DNA of 54,851 nt, from the IMG/VR virus record IMGVR_UViG_3300027733_001467, positions 1-54,851 of that record. The stretch is one strand, 5' to 3'. Of this stretch, positions 47,488-54,851 are shown piece by piece; positions within the stretch are counted from its first letter, which is position 1, and every line of letters begins with the position of its first letter. The DNA comes from a virus (Duplodnaviria > Caudoviricetes). Both the position numbers and the translations under genes were made by a program. Under the pieces are notes generated by a model, which was not told where the DNA came from, did no database searches, and saw only the letters and a program-made list of their open reading frames with translations.

Positions 47488-49269
47488 ATGGCAGAACAAG
47501 AATTAGATGACAGTAAAAGTTTTTTTGGTAGACTAAAGAAATTATTCTCAACAAATGCTATTGTTACCGTTGATAAAGATGGTAAGCGTAGAGTTGTTGA
47601 TACGGATGAAAAACAAATGAACACAAATTTTGTTAATCTTAGAGATAGATATACAAAATTACAAAGGTCATACTACGAAACCAATCAGGGTGCACAATCA
47701 ATGGCATACCATCAGGTTCGTAGAGAATTATTTAGAGATTATGATGCTATGGATAATGACCCAATTATAGCATCTGCATTGGATATATATTCAGATGAAT
47801 CCACAACAAAGAATGAGTATGGTGATATATTGGCAATTAAATCATCAAACGAAAATGTAAGTGCAATACTACATAACCTATTTTATGATATTATAAACAT
47901 AGAATTTAATCTTTGGCCTTGGACTAGAAATTTAGTAAAGTACGGAGATTTCTTTTTAGCATTAGAAATGGCAGAGGGTAAGGGTATTATTAATGTAACT
48001 CCATATTCTGTATATAATACGGAAAGGTTGGAAGGTACTGACCCAATGAATCAAAACTATGTTAAGTTTAAGGTTGAATTAGATAGATTTGGTAAAAAAG
48101 AATATGAGAACTATGAAATGGCTCACTTTCGTTTATTATCAGATACAAACTTCCTACCATATGGTAAGGCTATGATTGAAAACGGCCGTAGAGTTTGGAA
48201 ACAATTACAATTAATGGAAGATGCGATGTTAATTCATCGTATTATGAGAGCTCCTGAAAAGAGAATATTCAAAATTGATATTGGTAATATCAACCCTAAT
48301 GAAGTTGATAACTATATGCAAAAGATTATTAACAAAATGAAGAAAACTCCATTTGTTGATAAAAATAGTGGTGATTACAATTTAAAATACAATATCCAAA
48401 ACCTTACGGAAGATTTCTTTTTACCTGTTAGAGGTGGTGATAGTGGTACATCAATTGATAACTTAGCTGGATTAGATTATTCAGCTGTTGAAGATATTGA
48501 TTACTTAAAAGCTAAATTATTTGCAGCACTTAAAATACCTAAAGCATTTTTGGGATATGAGGAAGATGTAAATGGTAAAGCAACTTTAGCAGCACAGGAT
48601 GTTCGTTTTGCTAGAACTATTGAAAGAATTCAAAGAACAATTGTTAGTGAATTATATAAGGTAGCAATTGTACACTTAGCTGGACAAGGTATTGATGATT
48701 CTGAAATGACAAACTTCCAACTTACTTTAACAAACGCTTCTACAATATATGAGCAAGAAAAAGTAAACTTATGGAGTGAAAAAGTTAGATTGGCAAGTGA
48801 TATGAAAGCATTAAACATGTTATCTACCGATTGGGTTTATCATAATATATTTGGTATAAGTGAAGATGAGATGGATACCGAAAGAGCTAAAATGGTATTA
48901 GACCTTAAAGATAGATTCCGTTATAATTCAATTGAACAGCAAGGACAAGACCCAGCAAATCCACCACAACAACAAAATGTGGAGGAGGAGATTGAAAAAA
49001 TGAAGCAGGAGATTGTGGATAATAAAGGTGGTAGACCAAGAGAGGGAAATACTTACGGAAAGGATAAACATCCATTAGGTAGAGACCCACTGGGAAACAA
49101 AGAAAATGAGAAAGAGAGAAAGAGAGAAACTCGTACAAATGAATCAAATAAAAAAATAGCACAAGAATATATAAACGGAATTTCGGCAAAAAAGAGGATT
49201 TTAAGTGAAAAAACACAAAAAACTGACCTTTTGGATGAAAATAATTTGTTAGATGACAGTAAATTTTAA
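47488..49269 (+). CDS. Portal protein (T4 gp20-like)
   Basis: LMEDAMLIHRIMRAPEKRIFKIDIGN, EDFFLPVRG and L..ALKIP motifs; preceded by TATTTATG at 47442-47449. Confidence 0.95.
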   Translation: MAEQELDDSKSFFGRLKKLFSTNAIVTVDKDGKRRVVDTDEKQMNTNFVNLRDRYTKLQRSYYETNQGAQSMAYHQVRRELFRDYDAMDNDPIIASALDIYSDESTTKNEYGDILAIKSSNENVSAILHNLFYDIINIEFNLWPWTRNLVKYGDFFLALEMAEGKGIINVTPYSVYNTERLEGTDPMNQNYVKFKVELDRFGKKEYENYEMAHFRLLSDTNFLPYGKAMIENGRRVWKQLQLMEDAMLIHRIMRAPEKRIFKIDIGNINPNEVDNYMQKIINKMKKTPFVDKNSGDYNLKYNIQNLTEDFFLPVRGGDSGTSIDNLAGLDYSAVEDIDYLKAKLFAALKIPKAFLGYEEDVNGKATLAAQDVRFARTIERIQRTIVSELYKVAIVHLAGQGIDDSEMTNFQLTLTNASTIYEQEKVNLWSEKVRLASDMKALNMLSTDWVYHNIFGISEDEMDTERAKMVLDLKDRFRYNSIEQQGQDPANPPQQQNVEEEIEKMKQEIVDNKGGRPREGNTYGKDKHPLGRDPLGNKENEKERKRETRTNESNKKIAQEYINGISAKKRILSEKTQKTDLLDENNLLDDSKF

Positions 49270-49287
49270 CAAACATTAAAAAGTTTA

Positions 49288-49295
49288 TATTTATA
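49288..49295 (+). promoter_or_regulatory. TATTTATA putative late-promoter motif
   Basis: Intergenic octamer before ATG 49337. Confidence 0.6.
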
Positions 49296-49336
49296 TGTGT
49301 TAGTTTATGTACATAGGTTAAATTATAGGGAAATAA

Positions 49337-50218
49337 ATGAAAAAAATAAAACATTCTAAGGTTAAGAATACCGGAGTGTTATTTGAGCTTTTAGTAAGAC
49401 AAATAACATTGGAGGTACTTAATGGTGATAAGACTGAGAACGCAAAACATATAGTAAAAGAATTCTTTGCCGCAGGTACGGAATTAAATAAAGAATTACG
49501 TCTTTATGATTTATTATTAAAAGAAAAATACAATTCGGAATCAAAAGCTGAAATGTTTGTTGAGACTGTATCACAGGCTCATTCTAAATTAAATGTTATA
49601 AAGTTATCTAAAGAAAAATACAATCTTATTAAAGAAATTAATTCAAAATTTGAATTAGAGCAATTTTTAACATCTCCTATAACTAACTATAAAGTATTAG
49701 CATCAATATATAAAGTGTTTGAATCTAAGAAATCTGAAAACTACGATATTAAAGATGTATTTAATTCTAAGATTACATTAATTGAGAACATTATCTCTAG
49801 ACCTCCTCTAAACAAAACAATTGAGGTATCCGATAGTACAAAACTAATAGAAACCTATAAACAACAAGATAAAGACCTAAGATTATTAACCTATAAGATT
49901 CTTGTTGAGACTTTCAATAAAAAATACACAAATTTAGATGAAAAACAAAAGGGCTTGTTAAAAGAGTATATTAATAACATGTCTAATACATCTAAATTTA
50001 AAGATTATTTAGCAGTAGAACTTCCACAAATTGTGAAAGAATTAAAAACAATTAAATCTAAAATATCAGATAAAGTAACTACAATCAAATTGTCAGAAAC
50101 TATTTCTGTTTTAGAAAAAATGAAAATTGGTAAAACTGTATCTGATAATAATGTTTCATCTATCATGCTTTCTTATGAGTTAATCAAAGAATTAAAATCA
50201 AAGGTAAATGTCAAATAG
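49337..50218 (+). CDS. Hypothetical helical head-module protein
   Basis: 293-aa Lys/Glu/Leu-rich ORF between portal and protease. Confidence 0.8.
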   Translation: MKKIKHSKVKNTGVLFELLVRQITLEVLNGDKTENAKHIVKEFFAAGTELNKELRLYDLLLKEKYNSESKAEMFVETVSQAHSKLNVIKLSKEKYNLIKEINSKFELEQFLTSPITNYKVLASIYKVFESKKSENYDIKDVFNSKITLIENIISRPPLNKTIEVSDSTKLIETYKQQDKDLRLLTYKILVETFNKKYTNLDEKQKGLLKEYINNMSNTSKFKDYLAVELPQIVKELKTIKSKISDKVTTIKLSETISVLEKMKIGKTVSDNNVSSIMLSYELIKELKSKVNVK

Positions 50219-50795
50219 ACTAAAAGAAATAATCAGAGGGATAGTTAAAGAAATCCAAGACGAAAAGGAATTGGAAGAAATGACTGGAACTGGTGCAGTT
50301 GCTGGATACGATACTCCAAACGCATTTTCAAAACCTGGCCAAACTGCAAAGAAAAACAAAAGATTAGCTAACGTAACTGGTGGTGAGGTTGTTGATGATT
50401 TAGAAGAAGCAAAGGATTATTTGAAAAACGATGTTCCTGCTAATTCTAAAAAACCATTAGCAATAAAGCCAACGGCAATTAGTTCAGCTGATGCTGGTGG
50501 TATTGCTGATAAGAGTGGTATGATATTAGCTAAAGAGGATGAGGAAGCTAGTTTAAATGAAAATCGTTGGTTAGAAATTAAAAACGGAGATGGTTCACCT
50601 AAAGCTAAAATGAGCAGAGGTGTAACATCTATCAAACAACAATTGGGTGAAGTAGAGAAATTTGTTAACTGGTATTCTAAAATAAAAAATGAGAATGGGG
50701 TTAAAAGAGGAGATTATTATAAAAGAACAAATAAGAGTTTACATAAGATAAAAGAAAGGTTAATGAATCTTTCAGAAAAAATAAGAACTTTATAA
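50208..50795 (+). CDS. Putative prohead core/internal protein
   Basis: Leader RLKEIIRGIVKE; LEE and LNE sites between modules. Confidence 0.75.
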   Translation: MSNRLKEIIRGIVKEIQDEKELEEMTGTGAVAGYDTPNAFSKPGQTAKKNKRLANVTGGEVVDDLEEAKDYLKNDVPANSKKPLAIKPTAISSADAGGIADKSGMILAKEDEEASLNENRWLEIKNGDGSPKAKMSRGVTSIKQQLGEVEKFVNWYSKIKNENGVKRGDYYKRTNKSLHKIKERLMNLSEKIRTL

Positions 50796-50796
50796 A

Positions 50797-51471
50797 ATGC
50801 CAGCAGTATCAAAAGCACAACAACGATTTATGGGTATGGTTCATGCAGTACAAAATGGAGACATGGAAGCACCATCTAAAGAAGTTGAAAAAGCAGCTGA
50901 TTCAATGAGTAAAAAAGATGCAAAAGATTACGCATCTACATCACATAAAGGTCTACCAAATAAAAAAGAAAATATGAACACATCAATTACAAAATCAAGA
51001 CTAAAAGAATTAGTTAAGGAAGTAATGACAGAAGAAACCGAATATCAAGCGTTTTTTGCTAAAGCATTAGAAAAAGCTGGAAAATCTATTCCATCTATGA
51101 GTGATGAAGAAAAGAAAGCTTTTTTTAATAAGATTGATTCTGCTTGGAACGGTAAAGGTGATAAGAATGAAGCATTGGTTGGTGGACAAAAAGAATTAGA
51201 TGTTGATAAGGATGGTGATATTGAAGGAGATGATTTAGCAGATTTAAGAGCATCAAAAAACGAAGCTAGAGATTCTAGCGGAAATGAATTTCCTGAACTT
51301 GAAGATGTTAAAACAGCTGTTAAAAAAATAATCCAAAATAATGATGTTGAAAAGCTTTTAAGAAATAAAGTTACTGCTTATCTACAAAAAGAAAAAGGAT
51401 TTACTGGAGCTGGTAATACAAATAGTAGTAGATTATACGATAAAGTAATAAATGATTTACTTAAACACTAA
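50797..51471 (+). CDS. Putative prohead core/internal modular protein
   Basis: MPAVSKAQQRFMGMV..STSHKGLP module, internal RLKELVKEVMTE, DVDKDGDI EF-hand-like loop. Confidence 0.75.
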   Translation: MPAVSKAQQRFMGMVHAVQNGDMEAPSKEVEKAADSMSKKDAKDYASTSHKGLPNKKENMNTSITKSRLKELVKEVMTEETEYQAFFAKALEKAGKSIPSMSDEEKKAFFNKIDSAWNGKGDKNEALVGGQKELDVDKDGDIEGDDLADLRASKNEARDSSGNEFPELEDVKTAVKKIIQNNDVEKLLRNKVTAYLQKEKGFTGAGNTNSSRLYDKVINDLLKH

Positions 51472-51480
51472 GAATATATA

Positions 51481-52077
51481 ATGAAAGGACTTTTAATAGA
51501 AACAAAATTATTTGAGGGAAAAGTACAAGAAGATGAAGGTGGAAGAACCATTGTTAAAGGTATTCTACAAAGAGCTGGTGCTGAAAATCAAAACGGAAGA
51601 ATTTATCCGAAAGAAATCCTAATGAGAGAAGCTAAGAAGTATGAGGTATTCATTAAAGAGCGTAGAGCATTAGGTGAATTAGACCATCCGGATTCTACTG
51701 TAATTAACTTAAAGAATGTTTCTCACAATATTAGAGAGATTCATTGGGACGGTGATGATTTATGTGGAACTGTTGAAGTTCTATCTACTCCATCTGGTAA
51801 TATCTTAAAAGAATTATTGAAAGCTGGTATCCTATTAGGTATTTCATCAAGAGGTATGGGTTCTACTCGTAACTTATCTGGAAACAAAGTAGAGGTACAA
51901 GAAGATTTTGAATTGATTGGTTGGGATTTTGTATCTAACCCATCTACACATGGTGCATTTATGGTACCTGTAAACGAATCGGTTAATAGAGGTTTACAAC
52001 AAATAGGAACTGATGTTTGCGGAGACTTCTGTAAAGCACAAGACTTAATGAGAGAAATAATAACTGAAATAGCATAA
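51481..52077 (+). CDS. Prohead core protease (T4 gp21-like)
   Basis: NQNGRIYP, ALGELDHP, TPSG.I, GISSRGMGS and DFVSNPS motifs. Confidence 0.95.
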   Translation: MKGLLIETKLFEGKVQEDEGGRTIVKGILQRAGAENQNGRIYPKEILMREAKKYEVFIKERRALGELDHPDSTVINLKNVSHNIREIHWDGDDLCGTVEVLSTPSGNILKELLKAGILLGISSRGMGSTRNLSGNKVEVQEDFELIGWDFVSNPSTHGAFMVPVNESVNRGLQQIGTDVCGDFCKAQDLMREIITEIA

Positions 52078-52079
52078 TA

Positions 52080-52625
52080 ATGGCAAAGAACTTTGATATA
52101 TACGATTTCGTACACAACAATAAGATAACCTTAAAAGTTGATGGCAATAAAGGAACTACTGTAGCGAAAGCATACAATGATATCCGTAAAACTAACTTGA
52201 AAGAAGTAAAAATAGTTAATGGTAAATTCAGTTTAGCTGAAAACTTAGAAGATAGAAAATTATCAAATGAAGTTAAAAAACACTTCTTAGAGATTATTTC
52301 TACTTACAATACTTTCCAAGACCAAATGAGAAGACAATCTGATTTGACTGAAGTTGCAAATACTTTAGGTGCTATCGTTGAGGCTGCAAAAGAAATGACA
52401 TTAAGAGAAAGCGGTGATTGGTTTGATGCAGTGACTGTAAAAAGAAATATGACTGAATTAGATAAGTTAGGTAAATCGTTTGATAAGTTTGCTGTTGAAG
52501 CAAACTCAATGGATGAAAGATTACATTCTTTATATGAAGATATGGGTCACATCTTAAATCGTTACTATGAAATCGCTGATATCTCTGTAGATACAATGAA
52601 AGAAAGATTAGGTAAAAAGAAATAA
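52080..52625 (+). CDS. Hypothetical head-module protein
   Basis: 181-aa helical ORF with LKE, LAE and LRE sites. Confidence 0.8.
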   Translation: MAKNFDIYDFVHNNKITLKVDGNKGTTVAKAYNDIRKTNLKEVKIVNGKFSLAENLEDRKLSNEVKKHFLEIISTYNTFQDQMRRQSDLTEVANTLGAIVEAAKEMTLRESGDWFDAVTVKRNMTELDKLGKSFDKFAVEANSMDERLHSLYEDMGHILNRYYEIADISVDTMKERLGKKK

Positions 52626-52627
52626 TT

Positions 52628-53461
52628 ATGATTCGTTTAGGTGGTTTAATATCGCAAAAAGCATTTGGTAAATTTGAAATGGGTAAAGTAATTTCAAATC
52701 CATTTGCAACGGCATTCATTAAAGAAGGTGAAGGTGAAGACCATGAAGTTTCTATGGCAAACAATTCATTGGATACCATTATTAAAATGGCAACTGAATT
52801 GAAAGCTAAAATGGGAGAAAACGAAAAGGATATTCCTGCTTGGATTCAAGACCATATTACTAACGCAGCTAATTTTATTTCACAAGCATCAACTAACTAT
52901 CACGAATACGGAACAAACGAATCGGTAAATGAAGGAGCTGGTAGAGAAGCAATGGGAATTGCTAAATTTACTGGTACTCGTGCAATTGCAGTACAAAAAT
53001 TTATAGATGATTTTAATTTGAACGCTAAAAAGCTTTTTAACTTTATAGCTAAAGGAAAATTAAAAGATAGAATGGACTTTGCAACAGCAATAAGTGGAAC
53101 ACGTGGTAACAAATATCAAGGTAATTTTGTAGGTATGTTCGGAGAAGGTACACTAAACGAAGATTCTGAAACAAAGAGATTGGAAATGCTAATTAAAAAC
53201 TTGGAAGAAACAAATAAACTATTAGTACAACAACTTAAAGATAATAAAAGTTTAGCAAATAATAAAAAAGAAAATATTAAAAAATCAATAGTACTAAACT
53301 TAGATTTAATTAACTATTATAAAAAATGGTTAAAGGATTATCAATCAGCTGCAAACGAATCATTAGTAAACGAAGACGGCCCTTGTTGGAAAGGATATAA
53401 GCAAGTTGGTATGAAAGATAAGGGTGGCAAGCAAGTTCCTAATTGTGTTCCAAATAAATAA
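52628..53461 (+). CDS. Putative internal head modular protein
   Basis: Modules delimited by IKE, VNE, LNE and VNE; ends with the CWKGY...VPNCVP module. Confidence 0.8.
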   Translation: MIRLGGLISQKAFGKFEMGKVISNPFATAFIKEGEGEDHEVSMANNSLDTIIKMATELKAKMGENEKDIPAWIQDHITNAANFISQASTNYHEYGTNESVNEGAGREAMGIAKFTGTRAIAVQKFIDDFNLNAKKLFNFIAKGKLKDRMDFATAISGTRGNKYQGNFVGMFGEGTLNEDSETKRLEMLIKNLEETNKLLVQQLKDNKSLANNKKENIKKSIVLNLDLINYYKKWLKDYQSAANESLVNEDGPCWKGYKQVGMKDKGGKQVPNCVPNK

Positions 53462-53507
53462 ATTCTAAAGAAAAGTATAGTTTTTTTACGTTTTGTAAAA
53501 TTTTATA

Positions 53508-53660
53508 TATTTATTCTTAATAATAACCTATTAATTTAGGTTTTTCTATTGGTAAATGAATACTCTCGTTCTATGAGAAGTGACCAAAACGCCAATCAAA
53601 AACATACATTGAAGTCCACAAATTTAATGACTTCAGAAATCCGATAAATAAGGAAAACAA
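53508..53660 (+). promoter_or_regulatory. TATTTATT motif plus ~145-nt structured leader of the scaffold/capsid operon
   Basis: Three stem-loops readable by eye, e.g. TGAAGTC 53610-53616 pairing with GACTTCA 53629-53635. Confidence 0.5.
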
Positions 53661-54779
53661 ATGGCAAGTTCAAAATTGTTGAAAGAAGCAATTGCTGATG
53701 CTAAAGCTGTACGTGAAACTGCTATCGCTAATGCTAAAATCGCACTAGAAGAAGCATTTACTCCTCGTTTACAATCTATCTTATCTCAAAAATTACAAGC
53801 CGAAATGGAAGGTGATGAAGAAGATACGGAAGATGCAGTAAATGAAGATAATGATACTTCAAGTGAAATAGCTAAAGGTGATAACAAACAACCTGCAGAT
53901 AAAGCAAATTCAGCACAAACTGACCTAAGTGGAATCTCTAAACAATCTGGTGAGCCAGGTAGCGAAGGTGAAGAAACTAAAGTTAAAGACCTTACTGAAG
54001 GCGAAGATGAGTTTGGTGCAGAAGAAGAAATTCCTGCAGAAGAACCAGCAGCTATGGAAGGTGAAGACATGGCTCCAGAAATGGACATGGATGCAGATGA
54101 CGAAGATGAGTTAGATTTAGAATCTATCATCAGAGAGTTAGAAGCACAAATCGCAGGTGAAGAAAGTGAGGAAGAAATTCCTGCTGAAGCACCAGCTATG
54201 GAAGGTGAAGAAGCGCCGGTTGAAGAACCAGTAGCAGCTGAACCAACTGAAGCACCAGCAGTAGAGGGTGAAGACCCAGCTATGGCTGATGATGAAATTG
54301 ACTTAGACGAGATTCTAAGAGAAATGGGATACGGAGAAGATGAAGCTGAAGAAGAAAAAGCTGACGATGCAACTGAAACTCAGGCTAAAATGGAATCATT
54401 ACAGTCTGAATTAGAAGAAGCATTAGCAGTAATTAAATCTTTAAAAGGAACAATCAACGAAGTAAACCTTTTAAACGCTAAATTACTTTACACAAACAAA
54501 TTGTTCAGAAGTTATAACCTAACTAACGAACAAAAAGTTAAAGTTGTAGAAAATTTAGACAGAACTTCTAACGTAAGAGAAGTTAAATTAGTTTACGCAA
54601 CACTTTCTGAATCAATGAAATTCACAGGAACTGAAAGAAAAGTAGCTCAAGTTAAAAAGAACATTACCGAAGGTATTGCTTCTAAGGCTCAAGCTTCAAC
54701 AGCTCCTAAAAAAGAAATTATTTCTGAAAGTAATGAATTAGCAAATCGCTTTAAGCAATTAGCTGGTATCATAAAATAA
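53661..54779 (+). CDS. Prohead scaffold/core protein (gp22-like role)
   Basis: Highly acidic, coiled-coil, many LxE sites, C-terminal RFKQLAGI; sits between the protease and the expected capsid gene. Confidence 0.8.
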   Translation: MASSKLLKEAIADAKAVRETAIANAKIALEEAFTPRLQSILSQKLQAEMEGDEEDTEDAVNEDNDTSSEIAKGDNKQPADKANSAQTDLSGISKQSGEPGSEGEETKVKDLTEGEDEFGAEEEIPAEEPAAMEGEDMAPEMDMDADDEDELDLESIIRELEAQIAGEESEEEIPAEAPAMEGEEAPVEEPVAAEPTEAPAVEGEDPAMADDEIDLDEILREMGYGEDEAEEEKADDATETQAKMESLQSELEEALAVIKSLKGTINEVNLLNAKLLYTNKLFRSYNLTNEQKVKVVENLDRTSNVREVKLVYATLSESMKFTGTERKVAQVKKNITEGIASKAQASTAPKKEIISESNELANRFKQLAGIIK

Positions 54780-54803
54780 TAATCCATAAAAAAATAAATA
54801 AAA

Positions 54804-54851
54804 ATGGCAAATTTTGATTTAAGCAAACTTATGGAAGGCAAGAACCCACAA
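54804..54851 (+). CDS. Probable major capsid protein, 5' end only
   Basis: ATG after an A-rich leader, MANFDLSKLMEGKNPQ, open to the window end; identity inferred from synteny only. Confidence 0.55.
   Translation, partial: MANFDLSKLMEGKNPQ

Noticed and set aside
6121-49295. Reading TATTTATA as T4 late promoters (TATAAATA) firing on the minus strand
   Set aside because: The motif sits just upstream of + strand starts with no minus-strand genes to serve, and the variants fit a sense-strand TAnTTAT consensus.
2042-54130. Other minus-strand and nested short ORFs in the track
   Set aside because: They lie antisense to or inside well-supported + strand genes and have no recognisable motifs.
1-54851. 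CRISPR array, tRNA/rRNA genes, integrase/transposase, DGR or retron reverse transcriptase
   Set aside because: No repeat-spacer pattern, no cloverleaf seen in the short intergenic gaps and no such protein motifs; checked by eye only.
1-54851. Stop-codon reassignment, as in some large Bacteroidota phages
   Set aside because: The standard code gives near-complete coding density, and TAG and TGA both end genes at sensible boundaries (e.g. TAG at 6110 and 47423, TGA at 3021 and 27149).

Overview
This window is about 55 kb of a large, AT-rich, distantly T4-related myovirus genome, with almost all genes on the + strand. The host is probably a Bacteroidota: there are two canonical TTTG-N20-TAnnTTTG promoters and A-rich leaders without Shine-Dalgarno sites. 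In order, it contains putative internal-head proteins, a GT2 + LpxH-like pair, three envelope-targeted beta-rich proteins and an Ntn hydrolase. A baseplate module follows (gp5-like hub, M15 peptidase, gp25, gp6 and others), then GIY-YIG, primase, a single-chain Mre11-Rad50 and an unlisted minus-strand RHH gene. Next come a 2517-aa tail fibre with a mini-intein, its chaperone, a glycosylation cassette (GT4-methyltransferase-GT25 plus a TibC/Aah-like heptosyltransferase) and an HxGH nucleotidyltransferase/RNA-ligase-like polyprotein. The window ends with the head module (TerL, portal, gp21 protease, scaffold, start of the major capsid protein). The most notable signal is a shared N-terminal M-x-x-L...(L/I)-x-E leader with internal (L/I/V)-x-E sites, which suggests capsid-packaged polyproteins and enzymes matured by the prohead protease. 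One example is an Ntn hydrolase whose catalytic Cys sits directly behind LSE. A second signal is a candidate virion O-glycosylation system, matched to [ST]-G-S motifs that are abundant in the tail and baseplate proteins. All family assignments are by motif recognition only; no searches were run.
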